NCBI RefSeq assembly: GCF_006345805.1
Contig: NC_042998.1
Coordinates: 144,150,001-144,214,000, forward strand
Origin: Octopus sinensis
Lineage: Eukaryota
Direction: 5' to 3'
Length of the DNA stretch: 64,000 nt
Shown here one piece after another: positions 11,813 to 25,584 of this stretch. The first letter of the stretch is position 1; each line of letters opens with the position of its first letter. Below the pieces are notes generated by a model. The model was not told where the DNA came from and did not search any database. It worked only from the letters and a program-made list of their open reading frames with translations. A program made the translations under genes and the position numbers.

Positions 11813-11840
11813 GAGGAGGAGGAGGAGGAGGAGGAGGAGA
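11721..11840. repeat. Compound trinucleotide array (GCT/GAT/GGT/GAT/GAG)
   Basis: Read directly from the sequence. Confidence 0.95.
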
Positions 11841-12175
11841 CAGTGCTAATAACAATGATGATACTTCTTTTATTGATTTCCAAAGGGATGTGAAGCAAAT
11901 CCACCCCCTGATGGGATTGCTTTTCACCAAGGATCAATAAGGACAATGATAATATTAAGAAGAGCAACACCAACAATAACAATAACAACAACAACAGTAA
12001 CAGCAACAACAACAACAAGAATATGGCAGTTATTCAACTACCAAGCATTCAATACTATCAGACCTGAAATAGTTTATAGAATTTATTTTTGAACCTAAAC
12101 CACTGTTGAAGATACAATAATATATAAATAAAATACAATACAGTAAGAGGAGAAAACACACATATATAGACATAT

Positions 12176-12215
<40 letters not shown>

Positions 12216-13824
12216 AGACATTTACACACATACATAAACTCATGCATACATACACAAGACACACACATACATATACATCAAATATACACAAAACATACTC
12301 AGATACATATACATTATATATACACAAGACATACTTACATACACATATATACATCATATTTACACAAGACATATTCACACACATATACATACAAACTTAC
12401 ATACATACATTCATGCATATGCTCATGCATATATACACACAAATCAATGATTATGAATGATAAAGTGAAATAGACTTTTACTAGGTTTTTTTCTCTTTTT
12501 TTTTTTCTTATATTATATAAAGTTATATTCACAAAGATGAGTGGATAAATTAGAGTAATATCTGGGAGGGTGGAATTAGAATGTTGGGACTGGTTACAAC
12601 CTCTATGATAATGGCATCTAAAATGGTAACTAAACTACTTAGAGAGAATAGATGGATGGGAGGGTGGGGCAGAGAGAGAGAGAGAGAGAGAGAGGGAAAC
12701 AGACAAACAGAGTGAGACAGACAGACAGGGTAGAGAAGGAAGAGGTAAAGGAGACAAAGAAAGTTCAAAGGGGTCTTTTTTTTGTATATTCAACTAGGTG
12801 TACATGTGTACAGATCTGTGTGTGGATAGATGTGTGTGAGATGGAAAGAGCATAAAAGGAAGGGGAATGAGAAAAAAGGCGGGCAAAGGAGATGAAGTGA
12901 GTACAGAGAGGGCTTGCTTTTTTTTTTTATATATATTCAACTGTGTGCATATGTGTATGTATTTGTAGCATGTGTGTCTACATGTGTGTGTGTGTGTGTA
13001 GACATGTGCAAATGAGAAAGAGCTTAACAAAGATCAATTTAGCAAAAATTCACCAGACTAAGTGTTCTGTGTATGCATGAGGGAATTTGTGTGTGCGTGT
13101 CTGCATGTGTGTGTGTGTGTGTGTTTTACATTGTATACTTGTATACATTTATGCAGATCATCAAGTTTACAAGTAGGATTTTACATCTGTGTTTCATTAC
13201 ATTATGCTTGCGTATGTGTGTGTGTGTGTACATGGGTGTGATAAAAATTTCATCACTGTCTCTGAGAACATGCCGTAGAACTGCCTTTTCAGGCTCCAAA
13301 CAGACACACACACACACTCATAAAAAATGAGAGAGTCATCACTGGGTTGGAGTGGGGGTTAGTTAATATGGTTTCATTCTGAAAAATTCCTTTGTCAAAA
13401 AGGTAAGCTGGTTTATCAGGTAGTCCTGAGCAGAACATTAAACTACATCCAATGGTGAAGTACCAGTTTGGGATATCAAGAGTTTAGAGGAGAAGGGGAA
13501 CATTCCTCAGTCAATTACTCACAAGTCCACACTGGCCCAAGGTGGTAGTACTTGTCAAGGGCTATATTTAGGAGTCAAATAGTTGATGGTCCTGTAGCAA
13601 AAGCATACAGAACTCAGAGGAGGGCCACTGATGTGTGAGCATGCCCTTCTGTGACATGTGTCCTTCTAAGGGTTTATATCCCCTGCTTGAAGGATAAATA
13701 ATGGAGAGTAGGAGTAAAGCAGACTTAACTGTAAATAAATAAGAAGGCAATGGGAAAACACGGCTGTGTGTTTCCCAAGAGAAATTATTGAATCTTTGGA
13801 TTTTGGCATGGCGGTGCAGATGTG

Positions 13825-14010
13825 ACTAAGTGGTTAAGAAGTTTACTTCCCAACCACATGGTTATGGGTTCAATACCACTAAGTGACATCTTGGGTAAGT
13901 GTTTTCTACTATAACCCCAGGCTTTGGTCAGCCTGGGGTTATAGTAATGGATCTGGTAGATGGAAACTGAAAGAAGCTTGTGACATATGTATATATGTAT
14001 CCCTAAATAA

Positions 14011-14057
<47 letters not shown>

Positions 14058-14710
14058 TATGTGTGTGTGAGCATGTGTGTGAGTGTGTGTGTATGTTTAT
14101 GTCTCCTTATCTTGACATCAAGTGATTGTTATAAATGAGTGGAGGCGCAATGGCCCAGTGGTTAGGGCAGCGGACTCGCGGTCATAGGATCGCAGTTTCG
14201 ATTCCCAGACCAGGCATTGTGAGTGTTTATTGAGCGAAAACACCTAAAAGCTCCACGAGGCTCCGGCAGGGGATGGTGGTGATCCCTGCTGTATTCTTTC
14301 ACCACAACTTTCTCTCACTTTTACTTCCTGTTTCTGTTGTACCTGTATTTCAAGGGGCTGGCCTTGTCACTCACTGTGTCACGCTGAATATCCCCAAGAA
14401 CTACGTTAAGGGTGCACATGTCTGTGGAGTGCTCAGCCACTTACACGTTAATTTCACAAGCAGGCTGTTCCGTTGATTCGGATCAACCGGAACCCTCATC
14501 GTCGTAACCGACGGAGTGCTTCCATGATGTTATAAATGAATGTCATTCACTTCCAGTATTCTGCAGAAGCAAGTTCAGCCATGGGGAAATATTAACTTGC
14601 TGGGAAACAGGTAAGAGTTGGTGACAGGAAGGGTATCTAGTCATAGAAAATCTGCCTCTAGATTCTATCATGCATGAAAAGTGAACATTAAATGATGATG
14701 GTGATGATGT
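13825..14710 (+). mobile_element. SINE family A/RTE-tail copy interrupted by a younger SINE
   Basis: Head 13825-13990, microsatellite, then a tail that resumes after 14528 and ends gatgatg. Confidence 0.8.
14141..14527 (+). mobile_element. tRNA-derived SINE family D with 14-bp TSD
   Basis: Head ggaggcgcaatggcccagtggttagggcagcggactcgcgg...gtttcgattccc carries Pol III A/B boxes; TSD tgttataaatga(g/a)t at 14127-14140 and 14528-14541. Confidence 0.9.
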
Positions 14711-15049
14711 CCATGAGCATCAAAGCCTGTAGGCATGGAACATGAAAAGTGAGAGAGAGGGGAAGATCTATCATAATAATAAATTAAACCCATATGTAAA
14801 CATATGAAAACTTCAAGATGGTGTAGAGAAGGTGGGAGAAATGGCAGAGTGCTTTTCTACATACCTTGTGTTGTTTAGTTCTGTTTTGTTTACATTCAAA
14901 CCCTGTTGTGGTTGAATTTGCCCCAAAATACAAGCAACCAAAATGGGGTTCACCACCCACAAAGAATCTCTGGAGTAATGTTACCCAATAGGATGTTTAG
15001 CTTGGAGATCTGTGAGTCTCTTCAGGTCAAGCTGCTATTTCTTTGCACT

Positions 15050-15320
15050 GAGAGATAACAGTTCCAGTACTATTGACATGTAATTAGAATGTGATAAGAA
15101 AAAATCACAAGATGGATTCTTCAAGCCAAACCAACCAGCATGAGACCTAGGGCTAGACCAAAAACAAGGTGGTTGGATAATATCCACAGTCTCTGTTGGT
15201 TATGCTTGAGAATACAGCCAGGAAAGTGTAATGACAGTTGCTTCTGACAGAACTCTATGGAGGAGGGGCCTGAGGACCCTATGCTCATGACCCTTTTAGG
15301 AATAACGGATGGAGAATATG
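15050..15320 (+). mobile_element. RTE-clade LINE ORF2 C-terminal fragment
   Basis: RWILQAKPTSMRPRARPKTRWLDNIH...VASDRTLWRR. Confidence 0.75.
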
Positions 15321-15899
15321 TATGGGTTGTCTCACTAAGTGACATCTTGGTTAAATGTTTTCTACTATAATCCCAGGCTAACCAAAGCCTGAAGTTATAG
15401 TAGTGGATCTGGTAGATGAAAACTGAAAGAGGCTTGTCACATATGTATATTTGGATCGATGATGAACTGATAAAATATAAATACTAGTCAAGGTTGGTGC
15501 TACAGACTAGATAACTAGGTGATTGTCTGGGGAGCTAAAATTGGGAGTGGGTTGTCACACAAATTCTGAACAACTTTAAATTTCTTAATCCAACTAAAAG
15601 AACAAAACCTCAGTAATTAACAGAGCAGGGTAAATCCTTCCCAGAACAGAAGATGGACAAGGCTGGAGTGCAGTGAAGAAGACAAGAAGAGATTGTGTGT
15701 GGTGTTTATGACTTATCAAATAATTGAATATCATTTTACATTTTACCAAACAATACATTTACTTGATGATACACATGACAATAATACTATAGATTTGTTG
15801 TTAGAAAGTTAATCATAATTTTTACAACTATATTTTTCAATTGGTGCAAGGAAGGAGATGGCTGGAGAAATTTGGAGAATAAACTGATGACAGAGATAC

Positions 15900-16360
15900 A
15901 CAATGTATGGCTGGGAGAAGTGGGTGCACAGTGTAGGGCTAGAAGTGGGTCCACATTGTATGACTTAGAGAAGGTATACATTGCAGGGCTAGAAAAAGGA
16001 CTTAGAGAAGGAAGTGCAAATTGTAGGGGTGGAAGGAGGAAGTGCACAATGTAAGAATGAAAGAAGAGGGTGCATGTTATAGAGCTGAGAGAAGGAGTTG
16101 TGCAGTGTAGGGCTATGAGAAGGTAATGTACATTGTATGATTTGGAGAAGGTATACAATGCAGGGCTAGGAAAAAAGGGCCCACACTGTATGATGTAGAG
16201 AAGGAAGTGCACATTGTAGGGGTGAAAAAAGGGAGTGCACAATTTATAGAGCTGAGAGAAAGGGGTGCATATTGTAGGGTTAGAGAAGGGGTTGTGCAAT
16301 GTAGGGAAGATAATGTATTAATACACTGTAGGGTTGGAAGAAGAGGGTCCACATTGTAGA
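15900..16360. repeat. Degenerate ~25-30-bp minisatellite with higher-order duplication
   Basis: Units such as tgtagggctagagaaggaagtgcacat; distinctive variants recur at spacings of about 165-195 bp. Confidence 0.8.
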
Positions 16361-16719
16361 ACTGGATTAGGTTGGTGAATATCCTGGGACCAACCCTAAT
16401 ACAAGTAATACATTGTGGTCTTTTCAACTGACTACACTACTTATCTAGTAATCTGTGAACTCATGCTTAAATTAGAAATCAATCAATAATTTGTGAATGT
16501 CATCTTTTTATCAATAACCGATATCAAAAACAGTTACAACAGACACATGTAAACATTTTGTGCCACCAACATATAATTTTCCATTTTATGAAAGAACACT
16601 CCTCTCCCTCCTGAATATGGTTGTATTTTTGGAATGGCCTTTTTTTATCAATAAACGAGAAGAAAAACAAGATGCTTGCACCAAAGAAACTATGAGGAAG
16701 TTATCAATAAGTTCAGTTT

Positions 16720-16800
16720 TTAAAGAGCAAAGGAATCGATGAAACTGTCTGTGGATTTCCTGTTGGTCATCAGTTTCCAAAGGGGATAATAATCATACCA
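16720..16800 (-). CDS. Candidate terminal coding exon of an unidentified gene (WYDYYPLWKLMTNRKSTDSFIDSFAL*)
   Basis: Acceptor ttttctttactgctctctgacctgttctcaacag with a branch-like ctgac; phase-0 frame open to TAA; followed by unique UTR-like sequence. No recognised homology. Confidence 0.3.
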   Translation of the reverse strand, partial: WYDYYPLWKLMTNRKSTDSFIDSFAL

Positions 16801-17354
16801 CTGTTGAGAACAGGTCAGAGAGCAGTAAAGAAAATAACACACACACACACACACACACATAAGAATATACACAAACACACATGTACATGAATATACACAA
16901 ATGTACACAAACACCTATACACAAACAAAGGACACCCAAATAAACACACACAAATGCAAGAACAGACACAATCATAAAAGAACATATGCATAAAGGTACA
17001 TACACACTCATACATACAAAAAAATGCAAAAGCAAACACACATTCACAACCACAAACAAAAGAACATGCACACACACACACTCACACACACAAACACATG
17101 AGAGAAGGCTAAACAAACACAGACAAACAAACCAATGGGGAATCTTCAATGTGGTTTTTAACTTGCTAAAAATAAAGTTGAATCTCCCTCTTTCTGAAAC
17201 AAAGAAGGACAAATTGGATAAGGTGGTCCACATCTTGCCAAAAAAATTAAACAGGATGGCCACAACTGAAATGCATTTGATTATAAATTTGTTCTATCCA
17301 GGCGGCTCTGCAGCTAAATATCAAAAACAACACAGACAGACCCACATGTTTTTC

Positions 17355-17545
17355 AAAATTTACTTGGCAGAATCGTTAGCATGCCAGGCAAAATGCTTTG
17401 TGACATTTTTTCTGTCTTTATGTTCTGAGTTCAAATTCTGCTGAGGTCATTAAAATAAGTACCAGTTGAGCACTGGACTCAGTTTAATTGACTTGGCCCT
17501 TCCCCTGAAATTGGTGGCCTTATGCCAAAATCTGAAATCAATATT
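17355..17545 (+). mobile_element. SINE family B
   Basis: ttggcagaatcgttagc...gagttcaaattc...ggccttatgccaaaatctgaaatc. Confidence 0.8.
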
Positions 17546-17889
17546 ACCCCTGATGTACCTATGCAACCTTTCCTCTTTATGGCTCTTTTATAGGCCACTC
17601 TTCCCTTTTTTTATGTTTTATTCTGCGTATACTGCATGTACTTCTAGCTTTCATTGCTACTTTCTTTACTTAACTTATATACCTACTTTCTGTCCCTTCT
17701 TTTACCCTTTTCTGATGAACCCCAGAGTTTTTTCATGGATCTCATGGGCTCTATGGAACTTGGTTTCAGACATCCTTACTTAGACTATACTTTGTGTATG
17801 GGAACTGGAGCTTATGACCTTACTGCCATTGATAGAATATGTGTATTTGTGTTAGTTATATAGAATAAAAATAGTAAAATAAAGAACAT

Positions 17890-18270
17890 GATGAAATTGA
17901 ATTAAAAAGAGATAAAGAAATGAATGTTAACTAATGGGTAGAACTGACTGTAATGATGGAAATGTAAAGTGTAGAGGTGGAAGAACAAAACAATGAAGAT
18001 GAGTGGAAAATATGAAAAGAATAAAAGCAGGAAAGATCACAAAAAGGTAAGCGTAAAACAAGAAAAAAGAATTTAGAGAATGGAAAACAAGTAAAGCAAT
18101 AGAAGTGAGAGAGAGAGAGAGAGTGATGAAAGGAAAGAGAAAAAAATAGGGAAGAATGAATAACTAAGAAGACCTGAGAAGAAGAGGAAGCAAAAAAAGA
18201 AAGAGAACTAATGAAAAATGGAAAAGGCAGAATGGAGGGGAGAGGAAGGGGTTGGGATATGAACAAAAGA
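17890..18270. repeat. Purine-rich (AG) low-complexity tract
   Basis: Read directly from the sequence. Confidence 0.8.
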
Positions 18271-18939
18271 ACAGGTTAGTGTTTATATTTTTATTTTTAA
18301 TTAAAAATTTAAAATCTAAACAAAAAAAAAAATGTAAGATGTTGAATTAAAAATTAATTGAAAAGACAAAACACTAATCAGGAAGTGAAAAAGTTTTTCA
18401 ATGATTTATATTCCATTTTGGAAACATGGCATTGGGTTGGAAGGAGCTTTGATTGCATCACAATCATCATCATCATTATCATCATTCTAACATCCACTTT
18501 TCCGTACTTGCAAGGGTCGGACAGAATTCGTTGAGACAGATTTTCTACATCTGGATGCTCTTCTTGTTACCAACCCTCACTTCTTTCCGAGCAAAGTAAT
18601 AATACCCCTACTCCTTCAGACACAAACAGCTCAATGGGTTCAATGTGTGTATTTGTGTGTGTGTGTGTGACAGGGTTCTTTATAGATTTCATCTACTCAA
18701 TTCACTGGTTAGCCCAAGCTATAGTAGAAGACACTTGCCAAAGAAACCAATATACCATCATCATCATTTTTAACATTCGTTTCCCATATTGGCATGGATT
18801 AGATGGTTTGACAAAATCCAACAGGTCAGAGGATTGTGGTGGTGGTGATGTTTGCGGAAATCAACTATGGAACAGCTACAGTAGGTTTGAACTCAGGAGG
18901 GAGAAAGTTATCCTCAAACCAGAGACAGAGGCAGCAGCT

Positions 18940-19565
18940 GCAGTGATGGCTAAACATTTTGCCCGGCATGCTAACAATTCTGCTAGCTACCACCTAATAA
19001 TAATAATGATGATGATGATGATGATGGCTTCAAATTTTGGCACAAGGCCATCATTTTCAGAGGAGTGGGTAAGTTGATTACGTCAACCCCAGTGCTTAAC
19101 TGGTCCTTATTTTATCAACCCCTGAAAGGATGAAAGGCAAAGTTAACCATGACAGAATTTGAACTGAAATAAAAATAATAATAATTTCAAATATTGGCAC
19201 AAATCCAGCAACTAAGGGGGAGGGGGTAAGTCGATTACATTGACCACAGTGTTCAACTGGTGCTTATTTTATTGAGCCTGAAAGAATAAATAGCAAAGTC
19301 CACCTTGATAGAATTTGAACTCAGAACATAATGATAGACGAAATGCCACTCAGCAGTTTGTCCAGTGCATTAATAATTCTGACATTTTGGGGACGGGGCA
19401 AGTTGATTACATTGCTCCCAGTGTTTCACTGGCACTTAATTTATCGACCCTAAAAGGATGAAATGTAAAGTTGACCTCAGTGGAATTTGAACTCAGAACA
19501 TAAAGATGGACAAAATACTGCCAAGCATTTTGCCTGATGCACAAAAATTCTGCCAACACACCATC

Positions 19566-19604
<39 letters not shown>

Positions 19605-19610
19605 TCAACA
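18940..19610 (-). mobile_element. Head-to-tail cluster of about 3-4 SINE family B copies with (TAA)n spacers
   Basis: Repeated ttacat..accccagt...aactggt..ttat...gaaaggatgaaaggcaaag...agaatttgaactc. Confidence 0.8.
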
Positions 19611-20270
19611 ATAATGATGATGGTGAGTTTATTGTATGCATGAGCTTAGGTGCACCACATCCCATTGGAAAAGGTTAAAAGAAGGGACATAAAGCAGGCA
19701 TATAAGTTGAGTAAAGAAAGATAACAATGACAGCAAGATGTACATGTGCTATACACAAAATAAAAATTAAAAAGACAGAAAACTGAACAATAAAATGTAG
19801 CAGCAGTTGTAAAAGACAAGAAAATGCACCAAATGACAAAGAGCGCAAATTGAGTGCATTAGCAATGCACTATATAATGCAGCAACAGTCAATATATCAG
19901 ACAACAAGCTGCTGTTTTCTAATCTATTGCAAAACCTCAAATCTCAAGAATCTTGAAGGAGAGAAACTTATGCATTCAATGAAGTGCATAGATATATATA
20001 TTAGCAGTACAGCTATGAATATATGTATGTATAAGGAAGCTTACAATTGCACACTGTAACCTTTACACTGAGATCACCAACTGATAAAAAGTTCATGTAT
20101 GTGCATATATATAGGCATACACATATATAAGAATTATGTATATATATATGCACATAGTAGCAAGTATTTACACATACCCATATCTGTCTGGGTGCATAGC
20201 CAAATAGAAATCAATGCTAAGCATATATACAAACAGACACACACACTGGTAAGTATGAATGTATGTCTGC

Positions 20271-20301
<31 letters not shown>

Positions 20302-21444
20302 AATTGTGGGCAGACATAGCTTCTTTTTTAACTTGTCACCCTCTGGAATACTATGTACATACATGTATGTATGTGTATGTGTGTGTGTGTGTGTGTGTGT
20401 ATACATGCACACATATATGTAGACATATATTTACATACAGTTATATGTACATACACACATCCATGCAGAAATACACAAACATTCAGACACACACACACAC
20501 ACATAAATTAAAATATCCTTTGCATTATGGAAGTGATATATATCCTGAAAACCTTAACGTAATGCAAAACTTCGTAATGCAAAATTAATTTTCCAATTGA
20601 TTTACATATTATAAAATTATAAGATGTGGTCTCATGGATTTTTTGAGAAAAAAAAACCGGAAAGCAGCAACAACAACAAAAACCTGCAACACAAATACAT
20701 CCGTTTTCCATGCTGGCATGGGTTGGACAGTTTGAATGAGGTCTGGAAAGCCAGCAGCTGCACCAGGCTCCAATCTGATCTGGCAATGTTTCTACAGCTG
20801 GATGCCCTTCCTAATGCCATACATATATGCCTTTGTGTGTGTGTGTGATGGTGGCAAAATGCTGGGCATGCTCACAAGGAATAGGGATCAGAGTATAAAA
20901 GAGATGGTTGAGTAAAGGAAGAAAGGGATATAGATAGATAGTGGCAAGTGTCAGGGCATACACCTGGGGTTCAAATGCCATAATATAAGTGACAAGATAC
21001 TGTGAAGGGAGTGTGATTAAAGAGTAAGTGGCAAAAGACCTGGATATACAGAGTTGGAGGGGTACCAGATAGCAATGATATAGAGGAACAGGGGTGTGAG
21101 GACAGGATTAGGGAGTGAGAGCTAGGCATAGTGAATGAAGGAGGAAATGCAAGAAAGAGATGTACATTGGTTTGTTGGGGTAAGGTGAGGGAGAAGTTTT
21201 CTTGTTACATGTGGGTGGAACACTCAGGTCGGGGGGGGGGCTAGCAGATGGCAATAATAGGGTGAGACAAGGCATGAAGCACATACACACACACACATAC
21301 ACATCATCATCATTGTAATGTACTTTTCCATACTTGCATGGGCCAGACAAAATTCATTAAAACACGTTTTCTATGACAAGATGCACTTCCTGTTGCCAAA
21401 GCTCACTTGTTTCCAAGCAAGGCAATATTTATAGATGGCCCTAA

Positions 21445-21655
21445 GGTGGCAAGCTGGCAGAATTGTTAGAACACTGGGCAAAATGCTGAGCAGTATTTCA
21501 TGTTTTAACATTCCGAATTCAAATTTCACTGAGGCCAACTTTGCCTTTCATCCTTTTGGGGTTGATAAAATAAGAATCAGCTGAGTACTGGGATCAATGT
21601 AGTCAACTTACCCCTCCCTCGAAATTGCTAGCCTGATGCCAAAATTTGAAATCAA
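21445..21655 (+). mobile_element. SINE family B
   Basis: aaggtggcaagctggcagaattgttag...gccaaaatttgaaatc. Confidence 0.8.
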
Positions 21656-22074
21656 TATTTATAGATGGCCCTATATGCTTTCACACAAGATTGGAAATCT
21701 GACCAACCCATGCCATCTTGGAAGGCAAACATTAAATGATGATGATATATGTGTGTGTGTGTATGAATGTAGAATGGTCTTCTGCTTCTCAAAATGTGGG
21801 TCAACCTGAAGCAAGACAAAAGACCTTTTGTCAAGATGCCATGTAGTGAGATTGAACTTGAGACCTCTTTATTACAAAACAAACTTCTTAACCATTCACA
21901 CACACATTCCAACTGTATTCTCACAGCTGCTATAAAATATATTTCTGAAGAAGGAATACAACAAAAACACCAAAACAAATAAGATAACCAAAAGAAGAAA
22001 GTTTTTTTCATGAGAAAAAAAAAAACCCACTCCCATCACTACCATATTAACACCACTTCTCAGCTTGATATACT

Positions 22075-22950
<876 letters not shown>

Positions 22951-24005
22951 TGTCATTAAAACATTGTATTCTCTTAACCTCTCTTATTTTCACCTTTTAT
23001 ATTTTTTTCCAAATTTGTTTTTCTCCCAAAATTTCTCATTCCCCTCATCTTGGAATACTCACACAAAACTCTCCCTCTCTCTTTCTCTCATTCTCTCCCC
23101 CCCCCACTCTTGTTTGCTCTCTCTCTATCTCTCAACCATTGCCACACAAACATACATTTAGCCTGCCCTGTCTTCTCACTTCTTTTGTAATAAAATAATT
23201 CAAAATAAAATAAAATAAAATGAAATAAAAATGTTTGCATTTTGTGTATTTTATTTTCAATATTTAATGCATTTCAAACTTTATATTTATTTTCTTTATT
23301 TAAATTATTTCTCTTAATTTATTTACTCTTTCACTAACATTTATTTTTTCAAATTTTATCATTTCTCACTTCACTCAAACTTGAGGACAAATGCAAAAAA
23401 AAACAAAATCAAACAATAATATTCACAATTTTTAGTTTTTCATGTTTTCTCCTTTTATTCATATCTTTCTGTTTCATACAATATTTATTCATTTTTCTTT
23501 CAAACTACATATTTATTTTTGCTACTATATATTCCTTTTATTTATCCCCACACTTTGTGTGTATATATGTGTATGTGTGTATATATATATGTATACACAC
23601 ACACACATTAGTGGTAACAAATAGAAGAAAGATATTCCAATAACAGAGAATAGAGTTAAATAATTTATTAAGTAAGATACTGTTAGGATGACATATTGGT
23701 ACCTGAGGTTTCTTACTAACAGAAAAAAATCTTGACTCATTCAATCAGCTGACAAAATCTGACAACCAAATATTATTGGTTGAATGACTGCAATAGATTT
23801 TTTTCAAGCTTTTCTGCAAGTAGAAAACCTTGGGTGCCAACATATTATATCTATATACATAAATATATAAGTTCATTTACAGGAAATGTTTTTGAATATA
23901 CATATAAAAGCCCATATTTTATTATGATAGCTACAGGAATAATGATACCAACTGGCTATAGCAGTTTTATAGGGTTGTACCAAGCCGTGCTGATATAATG
24001 TAGGA

Positions 24006-24790
24006 TCATCATCATCATCATCGTTTAACATCTGTTTTCCGCGCTAGCATGGGTTGGACGGTTCAACTGGGGTCTGGGAAGCCAGGGGCTGCACCAGGCT
24101 CCAGTCTGATCTGGCAGAGTTTCTACAGCTGGATGCCCTTCCTAACGCCAACCACTCCGCAAGTGTAGTGGGTGCTTTTTACGTGCCACCTGCACAGGTG
24201 ACAGGGGGGTCCGGCATCGGCCACGATCGGTTGGAGCTTTTAACGTGCCACCGGCACGGAAGCCAGCCAAGGCAGCGCTGGCAAAGGCCATGTTCGGATG
24301 GTACTTTTTATGTGCCACTGGCACTGGAGTCAGTCGAGGCAGCGCTGGCATCGGCCACGTTCGGATGGTGCTTTTTATGTGCTACCGGCACAGAAGCCAG
24401 TCGAGGCGGCGCTGGCAATGGCCACGTTCGGATGGTGCTTTTTATGTGCTACCGGCACAGAAGCCAGTCGAGGCGGCGCTGGCAATGGCCACGTTCGGAT
24501 GGTGCTTTTTATGTGCCACCGGCACAGGTATCACAACTACTATTTCTATTGATAATTATTTCGATGTTCATGTTCATGTACTTGACTCAACAGGTCTCCT
24601 CAAGCACAGTGGGATGTTCTGGAATCCAGGGTACTTTGAATGGGCAGGGGCTATGTGGAACTGGTGCAGGAAGCAGCCCGGGTCTTTGCAGTCACAGCAT
24701 ATCTCCAGAGATCTCGGTCCTTCGCCATTGCCTCAGTGAGGCCCAACGCTCTGAGGTCATGTCTTCCTGGGTCTACCTCTTCCCCTGATA
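24006..24790 (-). mobile_element. 5'-truncated young RTE LINE with (GAT)n tail and a 67-bp VNTR in the 3' UTR
   Basis: Minus strand GRGRPRKT..DLRALGLTEAMAKDRDLWRYA (about 24700-24790); 67-bp units start at 24261, 24328, 24395 and 24462; tail gttaaacgatgatgatg. Confidence 0.9.
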
Positions 24791-25289
24791 CCTTCAACTG
24801 TTTGGGAGAGGATAAATATAGTAATGATAATAATAATCCATGAATGGAATTTATAAATATTTTAATGCATCACTATGTGCATTTCCACAAATCATGTTTC
24901 TTAGGAAACATAGTTTGTATTCCAGGGATGATAACAGTGTGGTTCGTAGTATCCATGTCGATAGATACTACGAACCACACTGTATTCATCAACATCATTG
25001 TTTCAATGTCTGTATCTCTATTCTTGCATGGGTCAGATAGAATTTGTTGAGGTAGATTTTCTACAACTTGATGTCCTTCCTGTTGCCAACTCTCAACTGC
25101 TTCCAAGCAAGATAATATTTTTCAATGACCAGACATGTTTCCCACTGAGGAGTGGAAAGAAACAATATCACCTGTATGACAGTGATCACGTGATATCAAG
25201 ACAAGGTTACACACAAAAACACATGCACACACACACACTCTCTCTCACACCTGTTTGTGTGTATGTGTGTGCATGCAGCATGCGTGTGT

Positions 25290-25498
25290 GAATACAATTT
25301 CGATAAAAATCTTGTAGTATGTTATGCAAAGCTTGTCCTCAGTTATCTGCAAAACCTTTGATAGATGATATTGATTACACAATATAGTAATTATATCATT
25401 GCACTAATGCATGATGGGTGTAAGTGGAAACAACTGTAGTGATTTGAAATAAAGAATACTAGCACTATGACCCAGCAACGCCGGGTCATAGTACTAGT
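25290..25498 (+). mobile_element. Helitron-like 3' terminus
   Basis: Hairpin actagcactatgaccc-agcaacgcc-gggtcatagtactagt (25458-25498) ending CTAG|T. The 5' end was not located. Confidence 0.6.
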
Positions 25499-25584
25499 GC
25501 ATGCATACACAGCTGCGTGCGTGCGCACATACACGCGAGTACTGTCCAAATCTCCAACCAATCACATACAGCTAGCTGGCATTC

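Noticed and set aside
11467-12018. 183-aa ORF with poly-L/S/P/A, and poly-H/Q ORFs
   Set aside because: Arise from triplet arrays and an 87-bp duplicated LINE tail. The same applies to 27304-27645.
14141-14215. tRNA gene
   Set aside because: Has A/B boxes but continues into a ~390-bp repeated body with a TSD, so it is a SINE head. The same applies to 43063.
15787-16427. Repetitive ORFs
   Set aside because: Translations of the minisatellite.
23883-23998. + strand frame GNVFEYTYKSPYFIMIATGIMIPTGYSSFIGLYQAVLI*, vaguely tetraspanin-TM-like
   Set aside because: No partner exons, an in-frame stop, and similar hydrophobic frames are expected by chance in AT-rich DNA.
24054-24788. 244-aa ORF with repeats; possible CRISPR-like array
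   Set aside because: Antisense of an RTE 3' UTR VNTR. The units are contiguous with no unique spacers, and the context is eukaryotic.
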